From Setoptus koraiensis (taxonomy: Eukaryota; Animalia; Arthropoda): a stretch of DNA of 64,000 bases. The notes below the pieces were generated by a model. That model saw only the letters and a list, made by a program, of their open reading frames with translations. It had not been told where the DNA came from and ran no database searches. The position numbers and the translations under genes are program-made. The stretch spans positions 8,308,001 to 8,372,000 of the forward strand of contig CM106586.1 of the NCBI GenBank assembly GCA_048013815.1, given 5' to 3'. This document shows, one piece after another, positions 58,092-64,000 of the stretch. The first letter of the stretch is position 1. Each line of letters begins with the position of its first letter.

Positions 58092-60664
58092 AGGCCCATG
58101 TCGCTTGCTAGCCGCTGTCGCGATGCATTGCGGTGCATGAGTCATGCAGCACGGCAGCGGCATATTACGTAACGCACACTGGACACAACACTCCACTGGC
58201 ACACCTCACTTCACATAACATCACTGCACCAGATAAACAATGCACCATTGCATCGCTGCACCGTTCGAGTGCATCACACAACTACATGACAAATGATGTA
58301 CGTACATGCACCAATACCATTGTAGTATGCAATAGTTTGCAGCTATGGCGCCAAATCACCAAATATTCTCATCACTGAAAGCTGATCAAAAATGAAAAGC
58401 TGCAAAAACAATCACACTGGCCCAATGTCACCAGGTAATTGTGTTTATTACCAGAGCTAGTCTTCTGCTTGTCCGCACTACAGACGCCATACGTGATTGC
58501 GTTGTCAGCTGACCAGCGATCAGCTGATTGCGTGGGCCGCCCTCAGTTGCTGCGATTGCCAAATCGACAAATCGTGTCAATGATTCAAACATTTCGACAT
58601 TGCACTATCCGACGCTAATCATGCGTCACCCGCGCAAGCCACTATACAAAGTAGTGGCAAAGTAGTGCCAGAGTGGTGGCAAATTATGGAACGAAAAGGG
58701 TTCCTCAATTACAGCTCAGTGAACACGAGCAACGCGTGACACTTGAAGATTGCGCAACAACAACTGATACAGACAACTAATCACCGCCGAGATCTATTTC
58801 GGGGCCCCTTGACTCTGTTTGTAGCTCTGGCTGTCGTTGCACAAAAGGTGCTCTCTCGATGTATCAAAACATGTGATCATATCTGATCAGATCAAATCGA
58901 TCGGCATGGCAACGAGCATTTAGCCGCGCTCTGGTGGCTCCAACTACATCCGCACTACAAATTCCGTAGTATGCATGAAAGATGGCGCAAATCTGGCGAG
59001 AAGAAATGTCAACTGCATACAATTGTGCGTTCGCAATGATAATCATTCGTCGAAATCGGCGTCGGCGTGCCCTATGCTTGTTTGGTAGCCGCTCCGTCGC
59101 CCTGTTAGCCCCGTCGCCCTGTGAGCCCCGTCGCCCTGTTAGCCCCGTCGCCCTGATAGCTCCGTCACCCGGTTAGATCTGTCAAACACACACACACACA
59201 AGTATAGCAGTCGTCACTTGTGTACTATATTTATAAATGATATGATGCCAGTGGTACAAGTTGCATTCACATTACACAACAATCCGGCACAGTTCCTAAA
59301 TAGAATTGTCACCCTTGTTACACAATTAGACAAATCTATCGTTTGTATCAGTTGTGAGAGCTCGTTTGTCGCACACGCCGATTACCGAACGAATTGGCAG
59401 TTTGGCCATGCCACCATAACACTGTATCGCAGTGCTTGCAGTATGAAAGGGCCATAAATATTTCTGTTGCTCCACATGACTGACACAAATGACACAATTG
59501 ACAGAAAATGATACAAGCAACACTGCTCCCCTCTCTGCACGCTGATACAGTTCGCAGATACAGATCGGTCTGTTTGTGTCAGTCTGTTTGCGCCAGCCAG
59601 TCAGTCGAGCGACGACGACGACGACGGACAGACACGACAAATGTATTGGCAACAATAACGACAACAACAATTATCGGCCAATCAATCACAATAAATGGCC
59701 TAATTCTGCCTCTTTTTACACCGTGTTCTTGTGCCACTCGATCTTGCATGGTTGCCCACTTTGGGTCAATTCAATTGCACTGTTTCGGCCTGGCATGCTG
59801 TCCGGCAGCCAAAAGGACAAGGCATGTCATGCAATGCCATCGCTTTGGCATCGCTATTCGCTGCAAAGCTCTCGCGATGTGTGTCACCTGAAACGTTCGA
59901 AGAAAAGGAGAGAAAGGCCATAGAGCAAAAGCCAGCCGCTGTCGGGCGGACAAGTTGCAGTTGCGGAGATTGTCGATATGGTCAAGATGGCGCCACCACC
60001 GATACTGTGCCACCATGAGACCAGATGTCTAATTAAAACGAAGCCACCGCAAGAGCAAGAGACAGCCAGAGAGGGAGCAATGGGAGAGCAAAGAAGCTGT
60101 TGAGTGTTGAGGCACCCACACTAATAAACAAAGAAACACAAAATTACTTATGTTGCACTATTTTGGGTGATATATATTTGCTAGTTACAAGCACGCTGAC
60201 ACAGACTAGATTGGTTGGCGCTAGTTTTAGCCAGTATGAGTGGCCGGTATTGTCGGTTTGAGCAGTGATTTAACTTGTTCTTCTGACTGAATCGTTTTCT
60301 CACATCCTTCTCTTTCTTCAGCCATGTTTGGTGTGCTGCTTCCGTGGACAAATATTATTAGCATCGGTGTCGGGTAGGGGCCATCAATGGGACACACACA
60401 GAGAAGAGAGAGAGAGAGAGAGAGAGAGATGAGTCGCAGAAAGAGAGGCAAACTCACAGAAGCGAGACACAAAGAAGGGGTTCTCCTCTCTCTAGTTTTT
60501 TCTTCCTCTTTCCTCTTTTGGTCTGTCAGCTTCTGTTTTTTGCCTTAGCAAACGTCCTTGAACCGGCGGTACCGGTGAGCTGATGATGAGGCTAACAAAC
60601 TAACTGGTCGTCGTGGTATTACGTAATGCACGCACACACACACACATCGGGTTATTGTCGGCCC

Positions 60665-60667
<3 letters not shown>

Positions 60668-60726
<59 letters not shown>
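60668..60726. repeat. (CA)n microsatellite, about 29 units
   Basis: Directly visible. Confidence 0.98.
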
Positions 60727-60727
<1 letters not shown>

Positions 60728-61665
60728 TGGTGATCACGGTATGATGGTCGCAGTTTTTTCATTTTTTGTTGTTGTCGCATTGTCGTAGCTGATTCAAGGG
60801 AGAATGAATGATTTGAAAAGTTTCGCAAATTATATATTAGCAACGTCATGTATAACGTGAAAATGAATGAACGGTTTCCTCTCAACTGGTAACGGCATCA
60901 CCGGCACCAATGTATATAGGCGTTGGGGCATCATCATCGGCACGAACGGCGCGCTGTTGATCGGACTTGCTTAAAAAGTTTGCCGCTTTGAGAGGAAGAA
61001 GAAGAAGAAAACTGTTGCTGTCTGTCAGCGGCGGCACTCTCTCGTGTTGTCGCTAGTCACTTTCCCCATTGGCCTCGGTGTGCGCGACCTATTGTTGAAT
61101 AATTCTTGGTGCTTCTAATAACCGGATGAAGATCTGAGGCGGATGATGGTTTCATCATATGCGCTATATAGTGCGTGCTTGTGTATGTGTGTTCACCCTT
61201 TTCTCACAAATGCAACCAGGGTCGACAATCAATCGGTTGCGTAAGCGGTGCAAATAGTGCACTATCCTCATTGTAGCGTGCGAATTGGGTTGTCGTCTTC
61301 GCTGTGTTTGTATGTTAACGCTTATATGCATATAAGGAGTAGAAGAAGGAGAAGGAGAAAGAGAGAAGAGGATAAGAAAACTCTCACTTGCTTCCTCTTC
61401 TCCGTGCGTGTGTACTACTCACCATGTACGTACGACATGCGATGGCTATAAATAATCATCCTGGGTGTGTGTGTGACGTAATCATCGCGCGTTCATCAGG
61501 CCGCTCAAGAGGGGCGCCAAACACAACGGGATCAGGCGACAGCAGCAGTTACGCAGCGCGCAACCAGTAGCAACCAAAAACAGATTGTGAGGTGAGCCCA
61601 AGGCTTTGCTCACCGATGTGTGCTCCTCTCTTTTTCTCTACGGTGTCGCATTCTCGTTAGGTATT

Positions 61666-61738
61666 CGTTCGCTCGTTGGGTGCTCGTTCGCTCGTCGGGT
61701 GCTCGTTCGCTCGTCGGGTGCTCGTTCGCTCGTTGGGC
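61666..61738. repeat. 19-bp tandem repeat CGTTCGCTCGT(T/C)GGGTGCT, about 4 copies
   Basis: Directly visible. Confidence 0.9.
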
Positions 61739-62916
61739 TCTCTGTTGATGTGATATGATTCTGAGCAGTCGGCCTGCATGCTTGTCTGTCGGAGTGAGTT
61801 GGCCTTCATCAGTGACACTGAAGCTCAGTGACTGAGCATAAACTGAGCGTAATTGTTGTGCCAGCGATATAGGCCATTAGTAGGGCGCTTCTCTGGCTCT
61901 CTCTCTCTCTCTCTGTATCATCTCTGCTCTAACCTTTATGATTGCCAGCGGTAATAAAATATTATCATCATTATTGTAGTTATCATCGCATATTCATAGC
62001 GGCCTCGTTCGAGTGTGAGTGTGAGTAAGTGTGTGTGGCTGATAAATATTAAAATAAGGGACAGACAGTCAGAGAGAGAGAGAGAGAGCGAGAGCTTCTA
62101 TGAATCATGAGATACATGAAGTAGCTAACGTCATCATCGTCGCTCACTTTGGCCGATATGCATGACTGTGTACAGTCGGCGGTGCAAAAACGGCAGAGGC
62201 AGCGGCGGCGACAACGACGACAGCGACTAACCAACAACAGTTTGTTGCGTAACCTGGCAACTTTTGCTGTTACCTGGCGACCTCTTACTTATTCAGGCAC
62301 ACACACACACACACTCTCTCTCGCTGGCTCGTTTGGAGCAGAGGTTTGCTCGCCTACAACTGCAAAACACATTAGATTAGATAAGCACACACACTGCACC
62401 GCATCGTAGTGATGTGAGCTCACCTAACACATTTGTAGAATTGGATTGTGAGCTTGAGCGGGTGGTTCAAGTTGAGTGCCAGCATCACCATAATGAGCAC
62501 ACGACGACAAACGTTTTGTTGTTTGTCGTGTGTCGTCATGATGATGATGCCAATTGATGATGAGGCTAAATGATAAATTAAATCTCGCGCGCTCGTTCAG
62601 TGTCGCTCGCTATCCAATGACTGCTGGATAATTAGTGGCTGCCACAACTAGTGAAATTGTTGCTGTCTTGCCGTTGCCAATGCCACTGCTGCTGCTGCTG
62701 CTGCTGCTTCTGACACGCTGCTGATTGTGTAATTTGGCGGTGGATTGGGTCGTACATTAGGGCCTAATGATTAGGCGGTGTCGTATAAACTGATGATGCT
62801 GATGCTGGCTGGCTGGCTGGCCACTCGATAGTGGCGATAATAGTGGCAAGAGTTGTGTGTATTTGATGAGCTTGGTTTGGTGGCGCGTTGGGGAGATTGA
62901 GGCACGGCATTACATT

Positions 62917-62986
62917 CACGAGCATGGTATGAAGTTCCTACCAGATTTCTATCAACTAAAGTACGGAACCACATACCCCGCTCATG
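62917..62986 (-). ncRNA. mir-276: pre-miR-276 hairpin; mature 3p 62919..62940 UAGGAACUUCAUACCAUGCUCG, 5p arm 62961..62982
   Basis: The reverse complement of 62919-62940 differs from Drosophila miR-276a-3p (UAGGAACUUCAUACCGUGCUCU, recalled) at only two non-seed positions. The partner arm AGCGGGGUAUGUGGUUCCGUAC resembles the known star strand and pairs across a roughly 19-nt loop. Confidence 0.9.
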
Positions 62987-63277
62987 ATTGGTTTTTTAAA
63001 GCCGATTAGTTGATTGAGGTGGCGCAAGTTGTCGTTTTGTTCGCTTGATTGCTGGACGGCCGATGAAATTAAACAGATGGTACATATATTGTAACAAAAT
63101 CAACTTGACGACTGTGTGAACGTGGCTGGGCGTGATTGCGTCGAGAGACAAATGGCGAGCGTGTAAACTTGAGCTTGAACACATTGTGATATTATCTCTC
63201 ATGTTTAATATTATCATCATGTTAAATATTATGTAACAATATTACATAGACATGATAACTTGTGGCAATTTGTTGAC

Positions 63278-63283
63278 TGTGTG

Positions 63284-63351
<68 letters not shown>

Positions 63352-63368
63352 TGTGTGTGTGTGTGTGT
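63278..63368. repeat. (TG)n microsatellite, about 45 units with two interruptions
   Basis: Directly visible. Confidence 0.98.
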
Positions 63369-64000
63369 AAGTTGTGCTGTGAGCAATGTGATGTAACTAT
63401 GACGATTAAAACTAATAATGAGAGAGATTAGCGGAGATGTTGTGCCATCGAGAACTTAATTCCAAATGAGTAAAAATGCCAGCGAGCTCAACTATTTATA
63501 CCAAAAGTTGCACACACAACCAAATTGGGTGCACTGTGTGCCAAACGAACACCTTGTGCGCGCGCATAAAAAACTGTGTGCCAGAGCACAGCAATTCCGA
63601 GCTAAAGTCCGACACGATTACATCCATTAAAACGACTAGACTCGGCTAGACTCAACAACCACTCCGCTCCACAACGAAACGACACACACACACACACACA
63701 ATACGTAACATGGCGTCGCGCCGTCGAATTGTCGACTCAACCTGAACACATCAAAACGGAACAGGCCACTACAACGGAACGAAACGAACAAACAACATGT
63801 GTCAGGTTACAAGTGAAGGCGCAACAAGCGCCACCTATATGATTAACAAGTCAGCATTTACCTGAGCGCGTTGGCTCAGACAAGTGGCGCCGACTTTCGA
63901 ACGCACTCTCGAAATGCAAACACTTGTCGGTCAGCCAAAGAGGCTCCAGTGAGGCAAAAGATTTATCAACCAAGACGACTGCAAATAGCTGATTTTTATA

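Noticed and set aside
59890-60330. Possible minus-strand first exons (MAEEREGCEKTIQSEEQ.. and a frame ending TTTCAG|GTGAC)
   Set aside because: Donor GTTAAA is weak, two alternative frames are equally open, and no recognisable product results. Insufficient support.
33592-61738. Short direct-repeat arrays as possible CRISPR
   Set aside because: Units are head-to-tail without unique spacers, the context is eukaryotic, and there are no cas genes.

Overview
Eukaryotic (metazoan) genomic DNA. A miR-276 hairpin points to an arthropod. Intron-poor housekeeping genes, short introns and dense microsatellites suggest a compact-genome mite, possibly an eriophyoid; this is inference only. The left 28 kb is gene-dense: the 5' part of a BICRA/GLTSCR1-like gene (-, runs off the window edge and is missing from the ORF track), an intronless and C-terminally shortened USP34 (+), two tandem secreted Gly/Gln/Met-rich proteins that share a signal-peptide exon and phase-1 intron (-), a single-pass membrane protein with a degenerate C2 domain (+, 4 exons), DRG1 (-, 2 exons), a highly structured non-coding segment, an orphan Sin3A C-terminal fragment with a probable +1 frameshift (-), and HADH (-). 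The right 36 kb has no recognisable protein domain. It holds microsatellites, many short private tandem duplications, CTCF-like and ZEB/E-box-like motif clusters, a few splice-bounded short frames, and pre-miR-276 (-) near the right end. Most short ORFs in the supplied track are repeat-derived or antisense artefacts. No tRNA, rRNA, CRISPR array or recognisable transposon was seen. All splice models were built by eye and no searches were run.
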